Below, one piece after another: positions 52,601 through 63,750 of a stretch of 64,000 bases of DNA; within the stretch, counting starts at the first letter, position 1; each line of letters starts with the position of its first letter. The DNA comes from Balanoglossus misakiensis (taxonomy: Eukaryota; Animalia; Hemichordata). The position numbers and the translations under genes were made by a program. Where the stretch lies: contig CM082582.2 in the NCBI GenBank assembly GCA_040954595.2, forward strand, positions 8,124,063 through 8,188,062. Reading direction: 5' to 3'. The notes under the pieces were generated by a model, which was not told the DNA's origin, did no database searches, and saw nothing but the letters and a program-made list of their open reading frames with translations.

Positions 52601-55600
52601 TTGTACTGCGTGGCTCCCTCTAGTGGTGGGTTTGGTGCTCATCTCAACTGCAGTTCTTTGTAGACATACCCACTATTCAGTGGCATGCACATGTGATCCT
52701 CATTCAGTAATCACCAAATCACAAATGAGATGCGCCTTGTTTTTTTTCGCAGGTGGGAAAAAATCGACAGAAAGTATTTACAGCCGCTGTTGCTGCGAGA
52801 GCCATCGGAAGCCAAAGACAGCCAGATTTTACACGTCTACACAAACCTCAATATCAAAGACGCCATGGAGTACGTGAAGAGCGCCGGCTCGTTCAACATT
52901 CGGGCGGGCAGTATGGCTAATTTCCTGAGGAGGTCCACGTCCACGCCGGGTTTCCACGGGAACAACGGCAGGTGAGGATTTCTAGTCTGTTGCGTCATGG
53001 TGCAATCAAGGACGCAATCTTTTTATAATGTTAATAGCTTGGGATTCTGTCAAGGGGTGTTCTTTGGAAGTTTGCTTTTTTCAAGGGGGCTTCTCTAAGT
53101 CACAGTGTTGGTAACTGTTGTGAAAATTATTTTTCTCTGTGTTTCATTTCATACTCTAGAAGAATTAAGCCCCCTTTCACCTTGATTCTGATGACATCAT
53201 GCAAACCTTTTCTTCTGAGCAGAGTTCAAATCCATTAAATCTATTCAAGAGGTACTTTTGCATCAGATTCTTACCACCCACACCAAGTCAATACCACCAT
53301 CAAGTACATGTAATTTAAGTTATCCTCCTCCCCTTTCCTATTTTCTTCAGCATTCCTTACAATGGGAGTGACATCTGCCTGGACATGCACAGTGTCGGTG
53401 GAGCCGGCGAATTTGCGGCCAGAGAGGTGGACGACGCAGAGCTCCATCACGTCTCGGACATCGTCTTTGGCAGCATGCACCCGCCCAGGAAGAAGCACCG
53501 GTACAAGCGCCTGAAGCACCACATCTCGGAGGTGGACATGGAGAAGCAGGACCAGCTGCTGCGTCGCAGCGTCCATCTCCACCTGAGGCACGTCATCAAG
53601 CAGCGGAAGAAGAAGGCCAAGATGGCCAACCGGCCCTCGCACCACAGTCTGAACTCGGACAGCGGCAAACATTCCAGGAACTCCAGCCACCACGAGAAAC
53701 TCGACAAGCAGGGACACCCGAAACCGCCGCACAAAAACGTCAGTTTCAGCTTTGACGTCCCGCCATCCCCAGGTAAGCGTTTTGTGTATTATCTCTTGCA
53801 CCATCTGATAAGAAACCAACCGGCTTCTTATAGGAATTCATCTTCTAGTGCACATTTCATGATTTGATATAATCGTTGATATCTGAATTCATTCACTTCC
53901 ACCACATGTATTATACGTATTTGTGAGGACAGCAAACAGATTAGATGTTTGAAAGTGACATCTAGTGTCTTGTCTTTCTCAGATGAACTCATGTCACATG
54001 TCCATGTGGACAAGACGCTTGTAGAGGAAGGAAGTTCTGAGGAGGAAGGATTCATCACATTTGAAGCCAGGCCAGGTAGGTGGCATTTCATGCTCAAATT
54101 GTCTAGTTGTCTTTTGGACACAGAGAACTGTACTTTTTTGCTCTCTTTCCCTAGGTATAGAATAATTTATTTCACAGCCAGCCGCCAGCCAGACTGCTAC
54201 ACCTGATTTGACGGTGAATTGGATGGTTTTCACTACGGGGTTTACAGAACACAAAGGATCACTAAACTTGAATTATAAATGAGCAGTAAACATGGCTAAA
54301 TCTTATTCCCTGAAAGCTAGTTCAACCAAACAACACTGAATCCTGATCAACGTTACAAGAAGACAACTTATTTGTTACTTGGCCTTGTTACTTGGCCATC
54401 TGTATGCTTCAAAAGGCGTTCATGAGCATACCTAGAAATATTGGTGAAGTTCAGTTCTGTCAAAACCCAATTATATTAAGAAATGGTAGAAAACTACATA
54501 AGCATGTGATATTTCAATACTTTTCAAAATAATTGCTAAAGGTGTGATCATTGAGATTATCTGCGACCTGGCGATGTGTGTTACAGTAAGGTACAGTATG
54601 TGAGCTTCCCATCTCCCCTTTGCTTCACGTCAGTCTCCATGACGATGACCCCTGACCTCGCAGATGGCACTGCGGGATTGCTAACCCCGGAGCATGCTTT
54701 TTAAGCAGCCTGTTGCTATGCATTTGCTCTGTAAACACTCACTTGTGTGTGTACTGCATCGCCTTGTGTGTATTGATCGACCCGTGATATTTTCAGACGC
54801 AGGATCTTCAGCCTCAGGTTCAGGTGTCAGCCAGTCTGGACACCAATGGCGGGAGCCAGCTTTAATCTATGCCTCTCCAGTAGGTATGTTGCGCGGTGCC
54901 ATCGCTTAAAAAAAACTCACTAAAAATACATGGTGCCGGACATCCTACAAACGCTTGTGCATGTGCTAGTGCTTAGATGTAGTTGCGCTAACCAACAGCT
55001 GTCCCAATCTTGTCACTATGGGAGCTTTCGGTGGCGGTGTTTAACATTACCTATGCTGCTTACATACTGCTTGCCAAAAAGCTAACATTAATCCATAACT
55101 GTACCTTCTACATGCGTTCTATATTTTCATCAAATTTGACCTTCGCTCCACCCCTGTCTCGTGTCCTCTAATAAAACAATAGAAAAACAACAACCAAACC
55201 TGTTATTTTGTTTATGCCGTTTTCTACGATTTGTTCTGTTCAAGTGGAGAATGGACTAACAAAAAATATTCATCATAAATGTTATTGTAGGCTCAGCAAA
55301 AGAGAACAATATTTTGCAATTTTAACTCTTTCCTGACTTAAACCATCAGAAAACCAGGGAGAGGGTTAATGCATGTCATTCAACTTGTCTTCATGTGTAC
55401 ATAGTTTACGTGGATAATTTGCCATGTGTCTTTGCAGTCACCAATGTTTCATTTTGTTTGAAAACATTTTGCAAATTTGCTCATTCCAAGGATCTTTTGT
55501 GTGCATTCTGTGTTACTTTCTTTGGAGAATTAACCTGGCTTTGCTTAGTGGCACATCCTAGTCGGGTGCTTTACATTACTTGGGTGAGAATTCACTAACC

Positions 55601-56562
55601 TTAAAACTAGCATGGGTATAATGACCCTGGTATCTGGTGGCTAGTCTGTTGATCTGCTTGTGTGGCAAAATTTTGACCAGTTGAGCTTGCTCATCCTTCA
55701 ACTGCGCATCACTATAACCCATTAAATTATAAATGCTTCATGTGGGGACATTGCGGGTAAGATAGCAAAATCGCAGTGTTTTATGTTACATTCTCATTCC
55801 AAGCCCATCAATGATATGTAGAGAATTTTGTATTTTCATGGTTGCTTTTCTGTTCATTTTTTGTCTGGTGTAGGTGCCGGGGATTATAATGATGAGGTGG
55901 ATGCGCCAGAACCGCAACCGGAGACTGCCGCAGAGTCTCTGTTGCCATGGAAGCAGTACAGCGAACCCCTGCTGTCCGCCCGAGCCCGGCAGGAATCGTT
56001 CGGCGCACTTGGGACGCCTCCTACTGCTTCGGAAGACGATGATGACGATGATGATGGTGGGATAAAGTTTGACGCGTCGGGGGATGACGGCGATGGCAAG
56101 AAATTGGATTTCATGATTGGAGACGAGATTTACCACACTGCCGAGAGTCCGCCAGTCGAGAAGCGGTCCGGTCAAAGTGGAGATGATGAGGAGGAAACTC
56201 CGCCTCAAGACGACAGCTATGCAAGCGCCAGCGCGGAAGTCCATTCACAAAACGACGGTAACGACAGCGACGACGAGGCAGATGATGATGACGACGACGA
56301 CGACCATCATCACCGTGATCAGCCGCAACCGCAGCAGAGACCCCGAAGAAAGCGCCACCATCATCACCACCATCACCACCACCATCATCGTGACCGCCAG
56401 CCCCAGCCGTCCGGTGAGTGTATAATTGAAATCAACAACCCCGTACTCATTGAAATCGAAAACCCCGTGCAATGCTTTGAACGTACACGCGTCCTCAGCG
56501 ACAGCTCCTCTGCTGAGCGCTTGGCGTACGACAATCCTGTCTGCGTTGACACCTTTGTCTAA
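37367..56562 (+). CDS. SLC9A: Na+/H+ exchanger, plasma-membrane SLC9A1-5 clade (NHE2/NHE3-like), isoform ending DTFV (about 1007 aa; exons 37367-37652, 44373-44839, 47491-47747, 48101-48318, 50712-50923, 52189-52278, 52485-52555, 52753-52971, 53351-53772, 53983-54075, 55874-56562)
   Basis: Signal-peptide-like N-terminus. NHE motifs [71 protein letters not shown] and the CHP-binding region [20 protein letters not shown]. All junctions are GT-AG and phase-consistent; total 3024 nt. Confidence 0.93.
38346..38361. repeat. Poly-G run (a second one at 40885-40900)
   Basis: Directly visible homopolymer. Confidence 0.85.
38943..39032. mobile_element. Foldback/MITE-like hairpin insertion (74 bp) with target-site duplication
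   Basis: 36-bp inverted arms (2 mismatches) around a TT loop at 38951-39024, flanked by direct repeat CACTGACT (38943-38950 and 39025-39032). Confidence 0.8.
44373..44839 (+). CDS. SLC9A: NHE exon 2 (transport core)
   Basis: [17 protein letters not shown]...[11 protein letters not shown]; cag acceptor and GTAAGT donor. Confidence 0.95.
45889..45950 (-). mobile_element. Internally deleted reverse-strand copy of the piggyBac-like MITE
   Basis: ttaacccttcc-taaccatagaaaataatgggtttggactgaaccatggttgttgaaagggtt matches the reverse complement of the 24074 element. Confidence 0.65.
46301..46380 (+). mobile_element. 3'-truncated copy of the piggyBac-like MITE
   Basis: TTAACCCTTTCACCACCATGGTTTGGTCCAA... 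as in the 16191 and 24074 copies; the right TIR is missing. Confidence 0.75.
47319..47439. repeat. 41-bp tandem repeat x3 upstream of NHE exon 3
   Basis: Units start at 47319, 47360 and 47401: cagtgagaacaaaatggccgccaggtggccatcttggatca. Confidence 0.92.
47491..47747 (+). CDS. SLC9A: NHE exon 3
   Basis: VLYRMF...[29 protein letters not shown]. Confidence 0.95.
48101..48318 (+). CDS. SLC9A: NHE exon 4
   Basis: [34 protein letters not shown]. Confidence 0.95.
50712..50923 (+). CDS. SLC9A: NHE exon 5
   Basis: [19 protein letters not shown]...FFTVFIQ. Confidence 0.95.
52189..52278 (+). CDS. SLC9A: NHE exon 6
   Basis: [16 protein letters not shown], translated by hand; absent from the ORF track. 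Confidence 0.9.
52485..52555 (+). CDS. SLC9A: NHE exon 7
   Basis: [23 protein letters not shown], translated by hand. Confidence 0.9.
52753..52971 (+). CDS. SLC9A: NHE exon 8
   Basis: [16 protein letters not shown]...[11 protein letters not shown]. Confidence 0.9.
53351..53772 (+). CDS. SLC9A: NHE exon 9 (cytoplasmic tail)
   Basis: ICLDMH...DAELHH...; phase 2 in, phase 1 out; GC3-rich. Confidence 0.88.
53983..54075 (+). CDS. SLC9A: NHE exon 10 (93 nt, phase 1-1)
   Basis: [30 protein letters not shown]; canonical splice sites. Confidence 0.8.
54797..54883 (+). CDS. SLC9A: Candidate NHE cassette exon (87 nt, phase 1-1)
   Basis: ttttcag|AC...GTA G|GTATGT; open frame [29 protein letters not shown]. 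Confidence 0.55.
55874..56562 (+). CDS. SLC9A: NHE exon 11 (acidic, His-rich tail; internal donor at 56413)
   Basis: [22 protein letters not shown], His11 run; read-through ends VDTFV*. Confidence 0.85.
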
Positions 56563-58187
56563 AAACGCTGCCACCAACACTTTGCTAGGAACTCTTTGTG
56601 CAGCTTTTGTTTTTAGCACTTTTTGCTGTACTGAAGCAACACTTGATGGCTCCCTTGTGTTTATAAAGACAAAAGAGATGACAAGACTTTATTGTTCGAA
56701 ACTGCTAGAGCATCTCATACTGAGATCACTCTGTTTAACATTTAAAACAACTTGATAATGGAATTTGGCATTGAAAAATAAATTGTTTGTTTGCTTGTTA
56801 TATGCAGACAAATTAAATTAGTGGAATGATATGCATATGTCCAATTAATTTCAAACATCCCTATAATCTTTTGAGACGTAAAGATCTTGAGTTTTATTAA
56901 ACAAGACCTTTGTTTGTTCTTGGACTTTTAATTATCTTTCTATTAACATAATTTGGAACTGATACACATTGCACAAGGGATCTATCCAAGTTTTCCTTTT
57001 ATATTATTTTTTTCGTCTTGCCTAGATTTTATCGCTGCTTTAAGCTTACCATCTTCTTAATATTCACTGCTTCATTCATTTTTAGTTGCTATCATTTGTA
57101 ATTTCTTCATAACTTTTAATGTAAACAGTTTCTTTTCTTTGACATTGACCGAAGGAGCAAAGGCAAAGCCTTTTAACATGGATGATTGTTTAGTCTCATG
57201 AACTGAAATTATCTGTCTGCATTTAACGGTACCTATATTGCACCACATTCTTTTTTTCTTCTGTTTGCATTTCATGCTTGTAATAATCACTGTGCTTGCT
57301 TTACTTTGCTTACATTGTAATGTTTAGATTTATTGGAATTGTGTTTTGTATTGTAAATGCTATTTTATTTGATTACATTTCTTTGGCATGCTGGCATATC
57401 TTACAGCTGAAGTTTTGTCTTTTGTATGTTAGCGCTCTCTCTCACTTTTCTCGCTGACTTCCTGAGCAGTGCTGAGTGTATGGATATGTGTGTGTGTGTC
57501 AGTGAATTTGAGATACCACCTTGCACTAAGGAATGTTCAGAAATGCCATTGTTCTTCAAAAAATACAGACAGATTTATGGTGATTATTGACCGAATGCCA
57601 TCTGCATATTATCATTTTCATCACATGTATCACTGGTGCATGGTCACATGTACATCACATGCCAACATCACAGTTGGCATACATATACACACATTGTGTA
57701 ATCTAAAATAAATATAATTATTAACAAAGATTTTTCGTTGCTTCAAAAAAAATAATCATTTGGATCGCTTATAATATATGTCTTGATATCTGCACGCTAT
57801 AAATTAAGCATAGCAAAATTTTAGTTTTATGTTGCGTTCTTATTGGCTATTCCAACTAACATCTTTGTTGTACAGTGCTCTTGGCATCAGCCTGTCGGTA
57901 CTAACACACACTTTTTTGGTTGCTAGGTTCTTTTTTAGTGATTTTTTTATATTTCTCAAAAGTTAGTTACTTTGATCTTTGTTCGCACGTTATTATTTTT
58001 TTGTTCATGTATTAATAAATTTAGGCTTTAGTTCAGTGGCATAAATTTTTAGTTCAGCACTTAAAGATTGCAACTGATCTAGTTCTTCCCACCGCACGTA
58101 CGGTAACTATTAAACTCCCTAGCCATTTGATTTTTGGCTTAAAATCAACCCTTGCAAGATCTTACCTGTGTGAGTTCTCTGTGTTAG

Positions 58188-58328
58188 TGCCCTCACAGTC
58201 CAGTGACAGCTCCTACACAGCGGCCACCGGTTCCCCCAGGCCCTGGAAAGTTCCAGAGCACCCTTTCAATTGTGCTGTAAGTAACGATGAGCCATTGCTG
58301 GTTGCCGAGGAAAAAGGTGTTGTTAATG
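58188..58328 (+). CDS. SLC9A: Candidate NHE cassette exon (141 nt, phase 1-1)
   Basis: ttctctgtgttag|TG...AAT G|GTGAGA; open frame VPSQSSDSSYTAATGSPRPWKVPEHPF...; a GC-richer island in AT-rich flanks. Confidence 0.5.
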
Positions 58329-59075
58329 GTGAGATATACAAGCTAAGATGTCCTCCCGTTTTACTCTTTTTTTTTTTCGTTTTATGTTTTTTTTTGTAAA
58401 TTGTGTAAGCTGGTGGAAAACGTACAGGCTGTGTCTTCTTTATAGATTTTTTGCTCGTAGTACCGGTATCTGATCTTACTTCGAGATCTGATTTAATTCA
58501 GTAATGTTTCAGTCATGCAAGTGAGTTTATTGTCAGTTGTCAAGGCTCGTTGTCAATAATAGGATCATGCAAGAAATTCATCAGTTAATCAGTCAGATTT
58601 TTGGTCTCTGAAAAATTAAGCTGAACTGCCAAGGTGAAAATTAATGTTAGTTTTATACGATGCAAATTAATTTTGCTCCACTTCATTAGGAAGACAGACT
58701 GAAAATAGGTTGATTGTCATTATCAGGTTTTTTAAACAAAGAGAGTGGACAAGGATTTGATATGTACACATTGTATATTGATAGTCATCAGCCAACCATT
58801 TCATGCAGTTAATACACTAAGAATTTTACATTGTGATGCGTTCAAAATGTTAATATTCATAATATCACATCGAAAAGTCAAATCACAGATTCATAACTAT
58901 CCATGATCACCAACCACACATTCCTCTGTCAGTTCATAAGGGTCAGATCAGGTTAATTAATTTTAAAAAATAGTTAGCAACGATAAATGTGTTAGGTTTG
59001 AAATATGTATGTTCACATTGAATTTACTATCATGAAAAATTGTTCATTTCTTTAAATATTTTTCTTTTCTGTCAG

Positions 59076-59281
59076 ATTCTGGAGAAGATAATCCGCTTTA
59101 TCATTTCGAACATGACGACAATCACGAACACATCGTCGATGTCCATGCCAGTGAAGATTCCGGAGACGCCTCGGACAGCGCTGTTGGCATACCTCTCATC
59201 AAGCGCAAGGATTTCGTCATCAACATCGTGCCGGACGACGACCAGTCAGGAGGGATTGAGGATCACGAATCGACTGTCTGA
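59076..59281 (+). CDS. SLC9A: NHE alternative terminal exon ending ESTV (isoform about 1026 aa)
   Basis: Strong acceptor ttttcttttctgtcag. Phase-1 join from donor 56413 gives DSGEDNPLYHFEHDD...GGIEDHESTV*. Confidence 0.78.
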
Positions 59282-62200
59282 GAGAAGAGTCATCATCATC
59301 AGGGGTTTATCGATGTCACACATAGTATGACTACGTTGCACGGCAACAGATATTCGTCGCTTCCACGAGGCGAGCCCATACGAACGTCAATTGCTGTTGA
59401 AATCAACGTGAGAACGCCCTCACAATCAGCGAGACTTTCGAAAACAAGCATTTAATCCACAGTGATGTGCATAGTTCATCTGTATAACATTTGTATCGCA
59501 ATCAAGGACTTGAGTTTTGTTTGTTTCTTATTTGAGTGGTTTTTGGTAAATTTAAATCACTACAGATGAATGATTTTGATTTTAACTTTAGTAGGTTGGG
59601 GAAACTGAGAGATTATAAATCTCATTAAACTTTATAATATATCGCAAGAAAAAAATTCTGTATGCAGAAATTTTATTTCCTTTTCAAAATGAAGTATTAT
59701 TCATTTTAATGAAAACTTAACATTTTAGACGTTTGCCATATGTAAATTTTTAATTATATGTGAATACTGTACTTTACAGTAGGGGAGTAAATAAGAGAAT
59801 ATTTTAAGAAATTATTCAGTTATAGGCAGTAGGAAATTACTACCACACTCAAAAAGGACATGCAACAACTTCAATGATGGAGATATTTGCCGTTAAACCA
59901 CGGCCCATGGTAACGACTGGGAATGTTGTCTCATACCTGCGTACATGTATATACTATCTGTCTCTTTAGAAGAGTGCAAATCTTGCTATCTTAAATGGGT
60001 TTTTGCTTTGTGCTAGGGGGTCAAATCTCATAATTGCATTGTGGGTAAAAAGATCGAAGACTCACTGTAGGTAAGAGTTTGAGAAATTTATATATTACCT
60101 GTATTTCATGGATTCTCACTGTCCAAAAGTTCTTTCTTTGCACTGGTAGTATGTAGACCTTGTTTATCTTTTAAAGACTTTGTTATATTTTCCGCTACAA
60201 AATTTTACTATGATCTGATACTTATTTAGCTTCTGAACTCCCAGTTCAATGTAAACATGGCAAAAATCTGCCATCTAGAAATTCTGTCAATTCTGGCAGT
60301 TACGTGTGTATTCATTTTTGAAATACAGAGTTATTTTCAGGACCCAATAAACATACAATAAAAATACCAATATAAAACGATTGTAAATTGTAAATAACCC
60401 TCGCAACAGATGGTCAATGTGGAATCAGGGTTTTAAGTATCCAAACTCAGGTTAACTCTGATCATTTTTCATTTAGATGAAGTCTCATGCTTGTTTTATT
60501 TTCGTGGAAATGATTCACTGGATATGTACTGAAATGTATTTATTCAGGACCAAAGTTATCAGGGGGATGGCCAACTTAAATATTTTTGCAGTCTCTGTTC
60601 ATGGCTATGTGTCTTTGGTCGTGCACAGTTAGAGAGGTCAGAGGTCAATTTTAGATCAGGGATCATTGAAAACCTTGTAGCAATCAGGTGTATAATTGGT
60701 AAGAAAAAGATAGGGTCATTTTCTTTTAAGGGCCATATGGTCAATCATCTCTGAGGTCAAGTCTGACATAGATGTCAGAGGTTACTTGTCCCAGTAATCA
60801 TCTCCAGGGAGTCCAGACATATTTATCTGCACATTGGGGGTCAGGAATTATCCTAATATATGCAACAGTGACAGAAGCAGTTGATCTGATATTTTTACTT
60901 CATTGTGAAAATGATAGATTTTAAATAAAATATCAAGAGTGTTCTACAGTTTATTTCACATTCAGCACATTTGCTTGTTGTATTATAAAATTTACCAAGA
61001 AGACAATTATTATCAATAATGTGCCATTTGTTCAGCTGAAAATAAATGGGCGAATGCTGGATTGCTAAATATTTGTGTTAGCCATCATCCCACCACAGAT
61101 GAAGATACTGTCGGAGATTTTAAATCTCCAGTTAGCTTAGGTTCTTACTGTCAATGATACTCGGTACTTCAAATGCAATTAATAATGTGGCTACTCTAGC
61201 TGATTCAGATTGTACCTAGTAGTTTTTAAGAAACGATTTTTAAAAAAACATTCTTTAAAAATAATGTGAAATGGTCATTTTAAACAACAAGGTGTGTTTT
61301 ATTTGGAGTTGATTCAAAGTAGAGAGAATGCTGCTAACTTCTTGTTGCTTGATGGTTGCGAGTGTTGTTGCTTTCAAGGATGTAGACCTTGGTTGACTGA
61401 TTGTAATACTCAATCTCCACAGGAGAGGCTTTGTAAAAATCTGCAGTTTACATCTATATTGTAATCCAAGTGTTGTGCAATTTGGAATGTGTGTACAATG
61501 TATCCAGCTATCACACATTACATACACACAAACAGTGATACACATGTTTACATGCACACGCAGATTCACTGAGCAGCAGCAGCAGCAGCCTCAGATTGAC
61601 AATATTTGTTTCAAGTTTGTTTAATATCTTATGATTAACTTGTTTGCCTATCTTTGTTTTGGTGATCAGAGTGCAATGCTACATAAGATTTCAATCTTTC
61701 AATCTCACAGTTTTTTTCTGCTTTTTTTACTACCAAACTCTTGACTGATTAAAGATTATTACGTTCAGTGTATCCAGTAACTGCCACAGAATTATCATAT
61801 CATGGGTTTTGTGTTCCTTTTTTTCTTTCACTGAAATATCAATGTTGTAGGATTGTATTCACCCAGATATGCTTCTGCAGTGTATTTTAAAAAGCATTGA
61901 TTGGAATGTAAAAACTCTAAATGATGACATAGTAACATTACCAGTATTGATCTCCTTGTATGTGTGCCCAGCAAGTACATAGATAAAAGTATTGCTAACT
62001 TGGGATTTCTGCTCCCACTGTTGAAATTACAGTTACTTATGGCTAATTTTATAAATAACATCTGACACAATTCTTCTTTGATATCTTTACAAGACTTCAT
62101 TTATTTTGGGGAGAAAATCAAGTCTTATCCCCCAGTTTTTGTAGGTTGAACAGAAAAAATGCCTTTGCCTTTATCACAAAGCATAACCACTCTGCTTTGA

Positions 62201-63750
62201 TTATTCTTAATGTCATTTTTGGCTACCGTGAGTTGCATGGTAGGTTTTCCAGGATTTATACAAGTTCATCACACATTCCAGACATGTTTTTGTTAGAAAT
62301 GCCAGTAAACACACTGGTGTTGTTACTTTCTTGAAATTTCTCCCAGAATGAGAAACTAATTAATACTCATTTTTACCACCCAAACTTTGGCCCAACTCCA
62401 GTGTCCAACACAACAGTGTGGGTTGGACCTCTGTTATGGAGTGGGTAGATTTTGTCAAGATGATTTATTCATATCGGGAATGCAACAGAACAGGGAAGTT
62501 CTGACTCTGCAGTCTTCCCAGTCTTTCAAAACTGCCAGTTTTTATATTTTAATTTTGACGACACTTGATTTCTTGTGGTTTTCAGTATTAGTTGTAAAAA
62601 AGTACTGGGAAATCGTCTCCTGGAAGAAAATGACCATACTTGTTTTATCCTGGTTTGTCTACCCATACAAAACAAATGATACAGTTTCCTTGTTCTTTCC
62701 GAACTTTGTGATTGTGAAGAATTATTAGATTATTACCAATATTTGTGAAATTCCAGTGAGCTGTCAAATAGTTTGTTTGAAATGGAAACGTAAAACAGAA
62801 GTGACAATTTTAACATACTGCGCCCTCTATAAAGATGTGATCGATGTATCATATCCTTGATAGAGGGCTCTGTATGTACTGATATTTGCCAGCAGAGGGA
62901 GCCTTGATTTGCATTTTAGCCATTGCAAATTATTCGAGAGATTGTTTTGTCCAATCAGGAATTTCTTCACTTATCCTGCTTTCTGTGCCAGAATGATAAA
63001 TAGGACTTGGGTGTTTTGAAACTGTGAGTATACATTTTTCCCAAATGGATGAAATGTTTGGAGTGACATGCAATTTACATTGTATACAGCAGCATTTTCT
63101 GTTTATTAAAAGATGCATTGGAAATTCCTTCATCATTTTAGTTGATTGTGTATCACTTTTAAATTGAAATTCTAAATCCCATTAGTATTTTACGTTTCAC
63201 AGCAAAATGTATTTCTTGCTCTGAAGATTATTCAATAAAATTATTCAGAAATTTTAAAACTTATGGCCCTTCACTTGTTTCCCTTTTCTTTCATAAAAGT
63301 GGTGTTAAGGATATATAATATAAAGGCAATATTTGGATGGTTATATTCTGATAGGGATAATTAATCCCTTTCTCCTGGTCGACCTTGATTTCTTTTATGC
63401 GGTAAATGTGTTCTATCATAGTATAATACAGAGACTCTCCTATAATTCTGTCTGGTGGTTGTAATTTTGTATATTAAGTGGGTTTTCGCACACAGTCTAG
63501 TCGACATGCTTGTGCCAACAAATATTCTACATGCAGTTAGAGAGTCCAAGCCATATAATGTAACCTTCAGTAAGTGTCCCTAGCATGTAATAACATTCGC
63601 AGCTACAACGGTCGTCGACGACGTGCGTCTACGCGATGGTGTTGAGTGAGGTTGAGTATCAGCTGAAGGATATCGGCATCAACATGTCGCTGGGTTTGAC
63701 TACCGCAGGAATGTCATGCTGACTTGACCCGTCGAGAGAAAAAAAAGACA

